This document shows, piece by piece, positions 37,252-51,600 of a stretch of 64,000 nt of DNA (the stretch's first letter is position 1; each line of letters begins with the position of its first letter). A model generated the notes under the pieces. That model was not told the origin of the DNA. It saw only the letters and a program-made list of their open reading frames with translations, and made no database searches. A program made the translations under genes and the position numbers. This stretch comes from Mobula birostris (lineage: Eukaryota). The DNA lies in NCBI RefSeq assembly GCF_030028105.1, contig NC_092382.1, positions 6,090,215 to 6,154,214 on the forward strand. Reading direction: 5' to 3'.

Positions 37252-40200
37252 AGCAAAGGGACCAACAGGCTCCGGGACATCATCTTCTACCAGGCCATCA
37301 GACTGATTAATTCATGCTGATACAATTGTAAACTATGTTATATCGACTGTCCTATGTATAAACTATCTGTTATAAATTACTGTGAATTGCACTTTTAACA
37401 TTTAGATGGAGATGTAAAGATTTCTACTCCTCATGTATATGAAGGACGTATGTAATAAAGTCAATTCAATTCAATTCACCCTCTCCACTATCTGTTCTGT
37501 CATTCTGGCTCCCATTTCCCCTACAACTTATTTTAACCACACCCCCCCTCTCCCCACACTAGCACTAGCGAGCCTTACCACTGGGATATTAGTCCCCTCT
37601 TGTTCTGTTCCCCTCACTAACAAATCCCCTATCACCCCTTTGACTTTTCTCTGCCAGGTAATCTCAACAGTTTCTAAAGTGGTCCACCTGTTGTTGTGGG
37701 GGATGGCCACAAGAGTACTCTGCAATGGCTATTTAACCTCATTCCCCTTCCTGACTCTCACCCAGTTTCCTGCATCCTGCACCTTGGGTGTAACTCACCT
37801 CTCTTCATGTCATATCTATCACCCCCTCCAACTCCTGGATGATCCAGAATTCATCCATTTCAAGTTCCAACTCCTTAAACTGCAGGGTTACAAGCTGCAG
37901 CTGGATGCACATCTTGTACGTCATGGCATCAGGGACACCGGAGCTCTCCCCACCTTCCCACCAATCTCCCCTCAAATTTGCAATGACCAGTGTGCACATA
38001 AAGCTTGTATTATGCAATTTTCCCACATGTGCACAGTGAATTTTATATAGAGAGGTATTCATTTTAACAGCTATCAAATCACTGTCTATAAGAACTTTGA
38101 TCTCCTCTGGGTTTGTTTAAGTTCATCTACACTCTCACACAACCTAAGTTGCAGGCCTGTAACAGGTAATGATGGATTTTCTTGCCAGAGCTTTTGCACA
38201 CAGTCCATGTGTCATTTGCTTGCTAAATGACGCCTAAAAGTCAGATTTCCAAATATCACTCCACTTCTTCCCACTTGCAAATTCTCCAGCAACTTTTGCA
38301 TCACCACAATACACACAGGTAACACCAGTTTCTGTATTGTACATAAATATTTCCCCTGAACCCTCCCCCAGGTGACTGACGGTGGTGAACTCAGTGATGG
38401 CAATGCCAATGAATATGAAGGGAAGGGCAGTAGTCTGTCTCATTGGAGTCTGGCACATTTGTGATGTGAAAGCTACTTGTTGCCCAGGGCAAAGGTGTTT
38501 GATATCATTATGTACCCAGAGAGAGTGGGACAAAACATGTTCTCACGGGTAGAAAAGTCCAGAACAAGAGGGGGTGGAACAAGCAACAGACACAAAATGC
38601 TGGGGGAACTCAGCAGGCCAGGCAGCATCTATGGAAAAGAGTACTAATGCTGAGTTCCTCCAGCAATTTGTGTGTGTTGCTCGGATTTCCAGCATCTGCA
38701 GATTTTCTCTTGTTTGTGACTGGAGGCAGAACAAAGGTGATTTTCACAACAGCTGATGTAAAAGATTTTGTTCCCTTTCTCCGAGTTCCCGATCCTTGCA
38801 TTTAGACAGCTGGAGCTCAGCTCTGTCTGAGAAACCCATCGGTTCCCATTCCCTCATCAGCCGGAAGCTCCCCGGGGCCCGTGTACGGATGGTGGGGCTG
38901 AGAGAGAGGGAAGAGAGCAGGACTGTCCCGGGATTGCGGGTCACGGAGTCCGGAGTCACAGCAACTACCCGAAGTCGGTGTTGGAAACGCCGCCCGGTGA
39001 GACCCCCAACCCGGAGATCCCTTCTCACCTCAACCGATCATCCGGGGCCTTTTGTGCCCCGCGCGCTGGTGAGCTCGAGCTTGGTCGGTTTAACGGCTGG
39101 GCTACTGATCACGTGACCAGCCCCTCCCCCACCGCTGTCAACAGGGGAGTCACGCGCTGCGCTATTCCCATTGGTGCGAAGCAATGTCAATCACTGCTTC
39201 CAACCAATAGCGGAGGCGGACCAGCCGAGAGGGCGTTACCCCCGATGACTCCGTCTCCCGAACTTCCCGTCACGGCGGGACAACCGTCAAAGTAAATGTC
39301 CGCTTTCTGATTTATTTCCATTTCCCTCCGAGGGAAGTTGGGGCGTTTGTGAAGCGTCTCCTGCGGCCGGAGTCTGATGTGTCGCTGAGAGGTAGGAGGA
39401 GACCGCTCGGCCCGTCGGTTTGATGCCGGTTCCCCGGGGAGGGAGAGGATGAAGACGGGGAGAGAGGGGGCGGACAGGATGTTTGTCCCGGTGGGGACAG
39501 GAGGGGCTCATCTGTGGAAATGTCTGAGCCCACGGTGGTGGCGATTCACCACATTGGGGGGCAAACACCGGCAGACTGTTGCCCTGCGAGCGGGGCCGAT
39601 GGTCCGGGCAAAGTGACAATTATTTGTGTTTTGTTGAGACTGTACCGGGAATATGGTGTAAAATCCCGCTCCCCACACTAACACGGGTCACACAGACCAA
39701 AGAACAAACTGCCGGAGGAACTCAGTGGGTCGGGCAGCATCTGTGGAGGGAAATGGACCGTCAACATTTCGGGCCGAGACCCTCCCTCTGGACTGAGAGT
39801 GGACGGGAAATAGTCCGAGAAAAGAGGTGAGGGGTGGGGATGGGGCAAGAGCTGGGGAGTGAGAGGTGGATCCAGGTGAGGGGGAGGTGGGAAGGTGGAA
39901 ATAGTGACGGGGGTGGGAGGTGAGTGGTTGGGGCAACACGGGGCTGCAGAAGATGGAAATTAAATCCATAGAGGATTAACAAAGAGGTTAGAGAGTATTT
40001 GTTATAGAGAGTGCAATGAAGATTCACCAGACTGATCCCTGGAGTAGTGGGTCATCATATGAAGAAAGATCAAATGTGATAACCCTTTCATTTATAGAAT
40101 CGAGGACTGAGAGGTGAACACATTGAAATGCACAACATCATTACAGGCTGAACCAGGGATCCCAGTTTCTGAAAAAGGGGATGGACTGTCTGGGACTGAG

Positions 40201-40470
40201 ATGAGGGGAAATGTCTCCACTCCGAGGGTGGTGAATGTCTGTAAATCCCCACCACAGAGGGTGGTGAAGACTCAGTGATCGTCCTCACATAAAACAGAGG
40301 CCGGCAGATGTGTGGAGACCTAAAGTATCAAGGAAATGAGGATCGGGCAGAAACATGTGGCTGAGATGGGAGAGCAGCCATCATCTTCGAGGAGCTGAAT
40401 GGCCACCTCCTGCTGTTTCTCACTTGATGTTTCAGTGTTCCTGTCCAGTGAAGTTGGAGGAATGTGAATA
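37252..40470 (-). repeat. Promoter block copy 2 (ZNF-B); inverted duplicate of 60805-64000
   Basis: The last bases of the window reverse-complement to 37252-37295; ORFs are collinear throughout. Confidence 0.92.
38900..39430. promoter_or_regulatory. Putative bidirectional CpG promoter of ZNF-B
   Basis: CCAAT 39204, ATTGG 39170, TCACGTGACC ~39109; same donors and acceptor as copy 1. Confidence 0.6.
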
Positions 40471-42569
40471 GAATTGAGTGTTTACAAACATGGACGGATT
40501 TAAATGAAACCTGCACATTTCCGGTTTGGGTCTGAATTGTGTGTTGGACCGGGATGGGAATCGAGCCCGTGACTCTGTGACCTTGGGGTGGAGGGAAAGG
40601 GACAGGGACGATTTGGAGGGACGAAGTAAAAATGTATCTGGAGTAAATATGGAATAATGTGGGAAATGTGGCGGATGGGTCTGGCAGCATGTGAGGGGCG
40701 AAGAGCAGCAGAGTCACCGGTTCAGGTGGGAGACCCTCCACCAGCACATGATCCCGTTTCCTGTTCACGTTTTCCCACAGATCTGCAGCATCTGCCGGTC
40801 ACTGCTGGAGTGTACGTGTAACTTCATCTTTCGCCCGTTCAGACAAGGCAGTGAGATCCGGATCTGTCATGTCCTCTCGTTGTGGGTGGACAATGTTTTA
40901 TTCTGCAATATTTTCAGCATGTTTCCATATAACCACATAACAATTACAGCACAGAAACAGGCCATCTCGGCCCTTCTAGTCCGTGCCGAATGCTTACTCT
41001 CACCTTGTCCCAGGCCTCAGACCATAACCACTGGGCCGAGGCCTGGGACTAGGCCTCATTCCACTGTTTTTACCTGCTGAAGGGCAGCCAATGTTTCTGG
41101 GTGTCTGACCCATTCATATGAGAACTTAGCCTTTTGTATTTATCTGAGCTTTTCATAAATGTGTACAGTTTAGTTCAGCTTCACTCCAGAATTTCCAAAG
41201 CAACAACCCAGTCAGTCAAATAGTTCCACACAATTAAAGTAGTTTACAGTATTACATTTTAATTTTATTTTGTGTTACTTATATAATTTAACTATTTAAT
41301 ATGTATATTCTTATTTTAAATCAAAGGTAAAAATCTATTGTTATGAATTAAATTCTGTTGCTGCTGTAGAGACAACAAATTACATAAGATCAGCCAGTGC
41401 TATTAAACCTGATTCTGATAATTGGTCTGGGAGACCCACCACCGGTCACCTGATCCCAGTTACCGCAGATCGTAATGCGAGATTGAAGCCTTTTCTATTT
41501 ATTGGTGTTCATCAGTTCAGTTAACTTTTCCTCTGTGGTTCCAAAGCAGAAGCTCAGTCTGTCTAATATTTCCACACAATTAAAATGGGGACTTATCATG
41601 TACTGAGCTACAGCTGCAGAGAAAGTGCAGTGCAGATAGACATATGGGGCAGGGTCACGTCGAGTTACATTGTGAGGTCGAGTCCATTCTATTGGACTGG
41701 AGACCATTAATTTGGCTGACAACTGCAGACAGGAAGCTGTCCATGAACCTGGTGGTACGCGCTTTAAGACTTTTGCATCTCTTCCCCGATGGAGGTTTGG
41801 GTTTGCAGCAATAATGTCCAAAGTTGTGGGCATCTTTGAGTACAAGGCCTGCTTTCCCGAGGCAGGGGAAGTGTAGGAAGAGTCCATAGAGGGGAGGCTT
41901 GTTTCTATGATGTTTCCAGATGAGACCAAAGTTCTCTGCAGTTCCTTGCAGTCATGGGCAGAGCTTTAGCCATACGAAGTTGTGAAGTATCGAGAAGAAG
42001 CTCAGAGACCTCGGCCTTCACCCTGCCTTGTGTAGCTGGATCCTGGACTTCCTGTCAGATGGCTGGCAGGTGGTAAGAGAGGGATCCCTCACCTCTGTCT
42101 CTTTGACCCTCAGCACACATGCCCCACAGGCTTGAATCCTTGGCCCCCTCCTTTACTCTCTGTGCACCCATGACTTGTGTCGCCACCCACAGCTCCAATC
42201 TGTTAATTAAATTTGCTGACGACACTATATTGATTGGCCTAATCCCAAATAATAACTTTCAATTGATCAAATGCTTCCTGACAAGGCTCGGTCCAAACAG
42301 ACTTTTCACCCTTCTTCAGGAGATTAGCCAGAGGAAGAGCGATATCAGCAAAGTTCTTCCAGAACTTACGATAATATCCAACCATTCCCAGAAACCTTTC
42401 AAGAGCCTTCTTACCAGTCTGTCACAAAAACTGTGGGTCAACTGTCTAAGAAAAATAACAAGATGGCTTGAGTGGCAAAAATAGATTGAGGTGCTTTTAT
42501 TTACAAAAAGAGTGGAAAAACAAAAACTTGGATGTCCACATGAAAACAAGAATTTAAAAAAAAAAATAC

Positions 42570-42593
42570 TATATTATATATATATATATATAA

Positions 42594-42633
<40 letters not shown>
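42570..42633. repeat. (TA)n(CA)n microsatellite
   Basis: Direct reading. Confidence 0.95.
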
Positions 42634-42635
<2 letters not shown>

Positions 42636-44686
42636 CTTGCAATTGTCACCTGTCCGGTTAACAGCCACCCTCAGACTAAACAGAAAAAAAAACGACCCAA
42701 AGCCTTGGTAACCTGAGGCTTATAACTGCTAAGCCAATCTCCCTAGACTAACCAAAAGCTAATTAACTCAATTATCTTCCATTTCACACAATCTAAAACT
42801 CTACCACCAGTTCTCACAATAAACACATATACTTCATCACAGGATTCACCATTTCCCGGTTAAATAACTTGTATAAACCCCAAAACTTTACCACAAGATG
42901 AGTAATTAGGTAACATAACCCTTGTCCCAGGTAAAGATGGTATCCTCCACCATCGGCACACCTGTGCAGGTTGCTGCTGCCTCTATATAAGACAGCTCTA
43001 TGCAGCAGCTCTGTTTCAGACCCAGTGACTGTGGAGGAGAGAGACGTCAGATTATCATGACACTTCGGCAAAACACTTATTGGAAAGATGAATATGAATA
43101 AATTCACCTGAGATAATAAAACTGTGACATAGTGTGTTTCTTTTTTTCATACCTATTACTGCTGGGGATGAGTGTAAAATTGTGACTGTTGATTTATTGT
43201 GACGCGTGCACTCACCACAATAACAGAGGGAATAATGTGCGTGGATGACCCTTTGAGTGTTTTACTGAGTGTGCCATGAGATATCTGTAATCAGTGACGG
43301 GCCTTCATCACACAGTCGGAATAGGAACTTCAGAAATTGCCTGGATTTTGCCTGCACAGGAGCCAACTTGCCTTGACCTACAACACAGCCAAGACAGATC
43401 ACAGTGGCATGGCCAAATTCACTCTTAGCTAAGTCAACTGTAAGGTTGGCCCTGGAAAGCCTGTCAAACAGCTCTTCTACTACAGCTCTTCCCAAGTGTC
43501 ACTCCCTGTGACTAAGTCATCAATATAGGCATCTGTGTGTCCTAACTCTTGAACTGCAGAATCAATCATTCTCTGGAATGTTCCTGGAGCATATTTCATT
43601 CCAAATGGCGAAACATTATATTCATACAACCCAGAAGGTGTCACAAATGCAGAAATTTCTCTACCTCAGTCCGTCAATGGAACACACCAATACCCTTTCA
43701 ACAGATCAATCTTTGTAAGAAATTACCTTTTCCAACCTTATCAATGCAATCATCCACCCTAGGGATAGGATAGGCATCTGTTTTTGTTACTGCATTTACC
43801 TTCCTATAATTAGTGCAAAATCTAACACTACCATCAAGTTTGGGCACAATAACGCAGGGTGAGCTCCAATCTGATGTTGAACGCCTAATAATACCACTTT
43901 CAGCATATATTCAATTTCTTGCTCAGCCAATTTACACTTTTCTATATTCATGCGATATGGGTGTTGTTTAATCGGTTTGGCTTGACCCATATATACGTCA
44001 TGTACTGCAACCGTGGTTTGCTTGGGAACATTGGGAAATAAAACTTTAAACCTCAGAATTAATTCCTTCAGCTGTTGTTGTTGCTTTGGCTGCAGATGAG
44101 CCAACTTGTTGTCCACGTTTTTGAGAACAACCGAGTTCATTAGCCTAACTGGGACCATGTTTGGCTTGTGAAAAGTCTCAGACGAGTCAATTGTTTCATT
44201 CTCAGGGCTGTCAGATTTATATGTTTGACAACACTCACCGATGGTGCCTGCTTGGCAGAATAAGGCTTTATCATATTGATGTGTACCACCTGTGTTAGTT
44301 TACGTCAGTCGTGTGTTTTAATAACATAATTCACATCATTAATTTGAGAGACTATTTCATACAGTCCATTGAATTTCACTTGAAGTAGAATCATCAACAT
44401 TGGAGATAAGGCAAGCACATTATCCCCCACCTAGTATTTTCTTTTGTTTTGGTCCGCTTAACAAACCAACACTTCACTTTGTTTTGAGAAATCTTTAAGT
44501 TTTGTCTCGCTAGACTACAGGCCTGGTAGAGTTTATTTTTGAACTTCAAAACATAGTCTAACAAGTTAACATATACATCCCCATCAATCCACTGTTCCTT
44601 TAACAAGGTCAAAGGTCCCCTCACTCTATGACCAAATACAAGTTCAAATGGGCTAAAGCCCAGTGATTCCTGTACCAACTCTCTTA

Positions 44687-45148
44687 AGCCTGATTTATAC
44701 TTGTGCGTCAAGTGTACACCATAGGCACTATGTACCCTACGCCGCAGGGTAACGTGCACCTCTTCAAAAAAGTAACTCACGCGTCGCGGCGATGCAGACC
44801 GCAACAACTGTGATTGGTTCGCTTGGTAGCATTGCATTTCCGGTTGCTTTTCTCCACCATGTCTGTACACTGATGCAAAATAAATGGTTGGAGACAATGA
44901 ACCAAATCGTCAAATCTACCTGCCGACATCCAAAAATATTTGAAATGCATTTACTCGTCCATGTCTCTCATGATGAAGCTCAACAGTGTCAGAGAAACCC
45001 CACCGCCAACTTGCGTTTTGGTGGTGAAGTGCAGAGCGATGCAGACACAACTACGCATGCTTGCTGCGGCGTAGGGCTACACAAAAATTAAATCAGGCCT
45101 ATGGTGTAGGATACGGCGTATCCCGAATGCACAAGTATAAATCAGCCT
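44687..45148. mobile_element. PIF/Harbinger-type MITE inserted in the integrase
   Basis: ~20-bp TIRs AG(C/G)CTGATTTATACTTGTGC; TTA duplicated at 44684-44686 and 45149-45151; removing it restores LLFTVRELVQESLGFSPFEL. Confidence 0.9.
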
Positions 45149-47874
45149 TTACGGTGAACAAAAGCAAATGTATTCCTTCATCCCATTTTTTTCCATTTTC
45201 AACACAGTATGTCTTAATCATTGTTTTGACGGTAGAATGAAATCTTTCTAAAGCCCCTTGTGATTCCGGATGGTACGCAGACGATGTAATTTGCTTAGCT
45301 CCCAGTTCATAAACTACCTGCTGGAATAATCCATTTGTAAAATTACTTCCTTGATCAGACTGGATTTCTTCATGCAAACCAAATAAAGTAAAAAACTTGT
45401 TAAGAGCCTTTGTCACAGTTTTAGCTTTAATATTTCTGAGAGGTATTGCCTCTGGGAATCTGGATGCAGTACACATAATAGTTAGTAAATACTGATTAGT
45501 CTTTGGGAATGGGCCAACACAATCCACTATAAATTTGGAACAGGGTTCTTCGAATGCAGGTATAGGCCGGAGTGGGGTCACTGGGGTGACCTGATTAGGT
45601 TTACCCACAACTTGACAAGTGTGACAGGATCTGCAAAAGGTCACAACATCTTTCCTCAAATTAGGCCAGAAAAATTCTCTCATAATCCTGTTTACAGTTT
45701 TATTCTCTCCAAAATGGCCACCTAAGGGCATAGTGTGGGCCAAAGTTAAAATTTCAGTCCTATAAACTTTAGGAACTACAACTTGGTGAATAATTGTCCA
45801 TTCCTCACTCGCAGGTATAGCAGGTGGCCTCCACTTCCTCATTAACACTCCATCCTTGAGATAATACCCTACTGACATTTTCTTAATCTCATCATCTGAG
45901 AGAAATGTTTCTTATAAAGCTTCAATCTCAGGGTCTCGGTTCTGTTCTGCTATAAACTCCTTCCTAGACAGGGATAAATCTTTCTCATCAGACTTACTAC
46001 CTGAATCCTGTTGAAACAATGAAGGCTGAAAGGTCCCTGACAAGTCATCATAACCTGAATCCTGGTCAACCTGATTTTGGCTATCAGGGGTATCAGAATC
46101 ATGCTGCACAGAACTGTCTGCATTGGCATACTTTTTAGCCATACTTCGAGTTACTGCGATAAATGTTAAAATCCATCTGTGGGTCGTCAGTGGTTGGCTT
46201 AGTTGTCAACTGCACTGCAGGAACAACATTACCATCTGCCAGGTCATTCCCTGACAGCAAAGTAACATCTTCCACTGGTAAACTGGAGCATAATCCGATC
46301 TTAACAGGTCCCAAAACCAACCCTGACTGTAAAGTGACCTTGCGCAATGGCACGGAAACAATGCTGCCCCCAATGCCTTTAATAAGATTTACCTCACCTA
46401 TGTTAGTCTCATCACCAAACTTTAGAATGCTGTCTGATATAAGTGACTGAGAAGCCCCAGTATCTCGAAGAATTTTCACTGGTACCGGGGTTGACCCTTC
46501 CGTTACTAATACAAACCCATCTGACATAAAATGATGGAATCCCTACTTAACTCAGTCAGACCTCTCAGTCCTTAACTGAGCCTCAGCAGAATGTTCAGAA
46601 CCCTGTCGGTTTATAGGTGCTTCAACATACTGATCACAGGCATGTGGGACTGTCTCCTTTTCCTTTTTCTTCTTCAGGACAGAATAATTAGCCACCATAT
46701 GACCAGCTTTATTACAATAGTAACAAGGCAGACCAGAATATTTCTCCTTCAACTGCTTCCCTTCATCCTTAGTCTTGTCACTAGTCCCAGCTTTAATTTC
46801 TGGTTTACCCTGGTTATCCCTGCTACTCTTTTGGAAGCTCTTATTCTGGGTGAACTTAATGTTATGAGTTAAAGCAAACTTAACTGCTAATCTAGCAGAC
46901 TCCTGCAAAGTGGCAGCATCCTTTTCATTTAAATACATCTTTATGTCATCAGGGACACACATTTTGAATTCTTCAATTAAAACCAACTCTTTCAAGCTGT
47001 TAAAATCATCATTTACATTTTTATATGTGCACCAGCGGTCAAAACACACAAACTTCTCATAAGCAAATTCCATATAAGTCCGGTTCACAGATTTCCTCAA
47101 ATTTCTAAACTTTTGCCTGTATGCTTCTAGGACAAACTCATAAGCTTTGAGCACAGCCTGTTTCACCATGTCATAATCAGCTGCTTCATCAACTGTCAAA
47201 GCAGAATAGGCTTGCTGAGCCTTCCCCTTAATTACACTTTGTAAGAGAATAGGCCAACCCTCTTTTGGCCATTTTAAACCCTGAGCAAACTTCTCAAAAT
47301 GCTGTAAGTATTTATCAACCTCTGCCTCGTCAAATGGAGGCACCAATTTAACTTCCCGACTGGCCTCAAACTTATCACCAGAGTCTAACGCTAGACCCCT
47401 TTGCTGCAATCTCTCTATCTTTTCCAGCTCGAACAGCCTCTGTCTTTCTGCTTCCTCTCTGTTTTTCTGCGTCTTTAGTCTGAACCTGCCTCTGCCTTTC
47501 CACAGCCTCTATCTTTATTTTTTCTAACTTGTGCGGGAGCTCTAGCTCACTAGGTTTACTTTCAGGAAACACCTCCAACTCCTGCATTTTAAACACACCC
47601 TCAGATACATAATACTCAGCTATTTTCCTCTGCATCTGTGACCTCCTCATTGTCGATTTCACCTTCACAAGTTTTAACCTTTTAGCAATACTCAGCAACT
47701 CAATCCTTCTGGTGTCCTCTAACGCCTCAGAGGTTGGCGCTTCCAGACATCTATCAACATCCATTGCTGCTGATTTTCCAGACACAAATAAATCAAAAGG
47801 GATTTCTACAATGAAACCGATAACTGATCAATACGCCTCCAAATCTTTTCCTATATCGGATGCAGGCCCAAATT

Positions 47875-48687
47875 TTGACCCTGTAACACTTTAGAAATGA
47901 GTCAGTAGCAATAGACTACACCTAGAGTCTGTTTTTGATGTTAAATCCACTATCTTTATTAGTACCTACTAACAATATAGTAACTTAAGCAAGATAAACA
48001 AAAGTTAACAGTGTTATATGTATATATGTGGGTAAATATAACTCCCAAACTACTGAGCTCAGGGGAAACAAGGTTTGGAGTCTTGAGATGGTAAACTATG
48101 AAAGTCCAGTTCAACCATAGAATAGTTGAGGAGAGAGAGGTATTTGTAATCCAGGGTAAGTGTGGAGAGAAGTCAATAACGTTGAATTCCACAGCATACA
48201 TGGTGGTAAAACGAGAGAACAGTCACTGTAGATTTTATCCGTCGTCATTCCAAATCCACATACAAATTATCACCAGAAGGTACTTGTCACAAGAGGTATC
48301 GTCTTCAAGTGAATTTCCACACCACACCCAGGCAAGGGTTAACACATAAGTGGTCTTCACAGGATACCCCAAAATAGATCCACTCCTATGGATCAAACGA
48401 GGTGACAACCACACATTCAACGTATGCTGAATCAATAATTAACCCACCCTTGGGGGCATAGGAAAGTTCGAAACAGTGACCCTTGGCCAGTAGTTCTCTT
48501 GTTTTGAACCTTCCATTTTTCCTCCTTCATCTCTGTCTGACTCTGAGTGTCTGTGTCCTCGGTTAAAACTAAACAAGCTGTGAGTGATGTGAACAAGATG
48601 CAAGTCAGACTGATTTCCATTCTTAATCTCTCTCTCTCTCTCTCAAGATGACAGTCCACAGCAAATGAAATCTAGGGATTCATCACA
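47875..48687 (-). repeat. 5' LTR of Gypsy copy B
   Basis: Begins TGTGATGAATCCC; AATAAA at 47960-47955; PBS-like sequence at ~47871-47855. Confidence 0.85.
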
Positions 48688-51600
48688 ATGGCCGTTCCCC
48701 ATTGTGAACTGACTGGTGTGCCAGTAGGAGGGATGGCTGAGTGAATCCTTTCCCACATTCTGAGCAGGTGAACGGCTTCTCCCCAGTGTGAACTCGCTGA
48801 TGACTGTGTAGGTTGGATGACTGAGTGAATCTTTTCCCACAGACTGAGCAGGTAAACGGCTTCTCCCCAGTGTGAACTCGCTGATGTTTCTGTAGGGTGG
48901 ATGACTGAGTGAATCTTTTCCCACAGGCTAAGCAGGTGAATGGCTTCTCCCCAGTGTGAACTCGCTGATGATTCTGTAGGGTGGATGAGTGAGTGAATCT
49001 CTTCCCACAGACTGAGCAGGTGAACGGCCTCTCCCCAGTGTGAACTCGCTGATGTTTCTGTAGGGTGGATGACTGAGTGAATCTTTTCCCACAGGCTAAG
49101 CAGGTGAATGGCTTCTCCCCAGTGTGAACTCGCTGATGATTCTGTAGGGTGGATGAGTGAGTGAATCTCTTCCCACAGACTGAGCAGGTGAACGGCCTCT
49201 CCCCAGTGTGAACTCGCTGATGATTCTGTAGGGTGGATGACTGAGTGAATCTCTTCCCACAGACTGAGCAGGTGAACGGCTTCTCCCCAGTGTGACCTTG
49301 CTGGTGTGCCACTAGGTTGGATGACTCAGTGAATCTCTTCTCAGAGACTGAGCAGGTGAACAGCATCTCTCCAGTGTGAACTCGCTGGTGAGCCATTAGC
49401 TCAGACGAGCAAGTGAATCCCTTCCCACAGTCTGAGCAGGTGAATGGCCACTCCCCACTGTGAACTGACTGGTGTGCCAGCAGTCTGGATGACTGACTGA
49501 ATCCTTTCCCACATTCTAAGCAGGTGAAAGGCTTCTCCCCAGTGTGAACTCGCTGATGACTCTGTAGGCTGGATGACTGAGTGAATCTCTTCCCACATTC
49601 TGAGCAGGTGAATGGCTTCTCCCCAGTGTGAACTCGCTGATGATTCTGTCGGCTGGATGAATTAGTGAATCTCTTCCCACAGACTGAGCAGGTGAACGGC
49701 TTCTCCCCAGTGTGAACTCGCTGATGACTCTGTAGGCTGGATAACTGAGTGAATCCCTTCCCACATTCTGAGCAGGTGAACGGCTTCTCCCCAGTGTGAA
49801 CTCGCTGATGACTCTGTAGGTTGGATAACCGAGTGAATCTCTTCCCACAGACTGAGCAGGTGAATGGCTTCTCCCCAGTGTGGACTCGCTGATGTCTCTG
49901 TAGGCTGGATTGATCAGCGAATCTCTTCCCACAGACTGAGCAGGTGAACGGCTTCTCCCCAGTGTGAACTCGCTGATGTTTCTGCAGGGTGGATTGATCA
50001 GCGAATCTCTTCCCACAGACTGAGCAGGTGAAGGGCTTTTCGCCAGTGTGAACTCGCTGATGTCTCTGTAGGGTGGATGAATTAGTGAATCTCTTCCCAC
50101 AGACTGAGCAGGTGAATGGCTTCTCCCCAGTGTGAACTCGCTGATGACTGTGTAGGTTGGATGACTCAGTGAATCTCTTCCCACAGACTGAGCAGGTGAA
50201 TGGCTTCTCCCCAGTGTGGACTCGCTGATGTCTCTGTAGGCTGGATTGATCAGCGAATCTCTTCCCACAGACTGAGCAGGTGCACAGCTTCTCCCCAGTG
50301 TGAACTCGCTGATGTGCCAGTAGGTTGGATGACTGAGTGAATCCTTTCTCACATTCTGAGCTGGTGAATGGCTTCTCCCCAGTGTGAACTCGCTGATGAA
50401 TCTGTAGGTTGGATGACTGAGTGAATCTCTTCCCACAGACCGAGCAGGTGAACGGCTTCTCCCCAGTGTGACCTCGCTGATGTGCCACTGGGTTGGATGA
50501 CTCAGTGAATCTCTTCTCAGAGACTGAGCAGGTGAACAGCATCTCTCCAGTGTGAACTCGCTGGTGAGCCATTAGCTTAGATGAGCAAGTGAATCCCTTC
50601 CCACAGTCTGAGCAGGTGAACGGCCACTCCCCACTGTGAACTGACTGGTGTGCCAGCAGTTTGGATGACTGACTGAACCCTTTCCCACATTCTAAGCAGG
50701 TGAACGGCTTCTCCCCAGTGTGAACTCGCTGATGACTCTGTAGGCTGGATGACTGAGTGAATCTCTTCCCACATTCTGAGCAGGTGAATGGCTTCTCCCC
50801 AGTGTGAACTCGCTGATGAATCTGTAGGCTGGATGAATTAGTGAATCCCTTCCTACAGACTGAGCAGGTGAACGGCTTCTCCCCAGTGTGAACTCGCTGA
50901 TGACTCTGCAGGTTGGATGACTGAGTGAATCTCTTCCCACATTCTGAGCAGGTGAACGGCTTCTCCCCAGTGTGAATTCGCTGATGATTCTGTAGGCTGG
51001 ATGAATTAGTGAATCTCTTCCCACAGACTGAGCAGGTGAACGGCTTCTCCCCGGTGTGGACTCGCTGATGTCTCTGTAGGCTGGATGACTCAGTGAATCT
51101 CTTCCCACATTCTGAGCATGTGAACGGCTTCTCCCCAGTGTGAACTCGCTGATGTTTCTGTAGGGTGGATTTATCAGTGAATCTCTTCCCACAGACTGAG
51201 CAGGTGAATGGCTTCTCGCCAGTGTGAACTCGCTGATGACTCTGTAGGGTGGATGAATTAGTGAATCTCTTCCCACAGACTGAGCAGGTGAACGGCTTCT
51301 CCCCAGTGTGAACCCGCTGATGACTCTGTAGGTTGGATGACTCAGTGAATCTCTTCCCACAGACTGAGCAGGTGAATGGCTTCTCCCCAGTGTGGACTCG
51401 CTGATGTCTCTGTACGCTGGATGACTCAGTGAATCTCTTCCCACATTCTGAGCAGGTGAACGGCTTCTCCCCAGTGTGAACTCGCTGATGTTTCTGTAGG
51501 GTGGATTGATCAGCGAATCTCTTCCCACAGACTGAGCAGGTCATTGGCTTCTCGCCAGTGTGAACTCGCTGATGTCTCTGTAGGGTGGATGAATTAGTGA

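Larger units (their letters stand above)
43315..48687 (-). mobile_element. Gmr1-like Gypsy element copy B: LTR-PBS-gag-PR-IN-RT, disabled, lacking RNase H and 3' LTR
   Basis: gag 47785-46552; protease LRDTGASQS 46527-46135; integrase HHCC plus VDCVGP, SDQGSNF, HPESQGALE 45878-~44400; RT IKQHPYR, NYRKVN, AYIDD (43530-43516). Integrase precedes RT. Confidence 0.93.
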
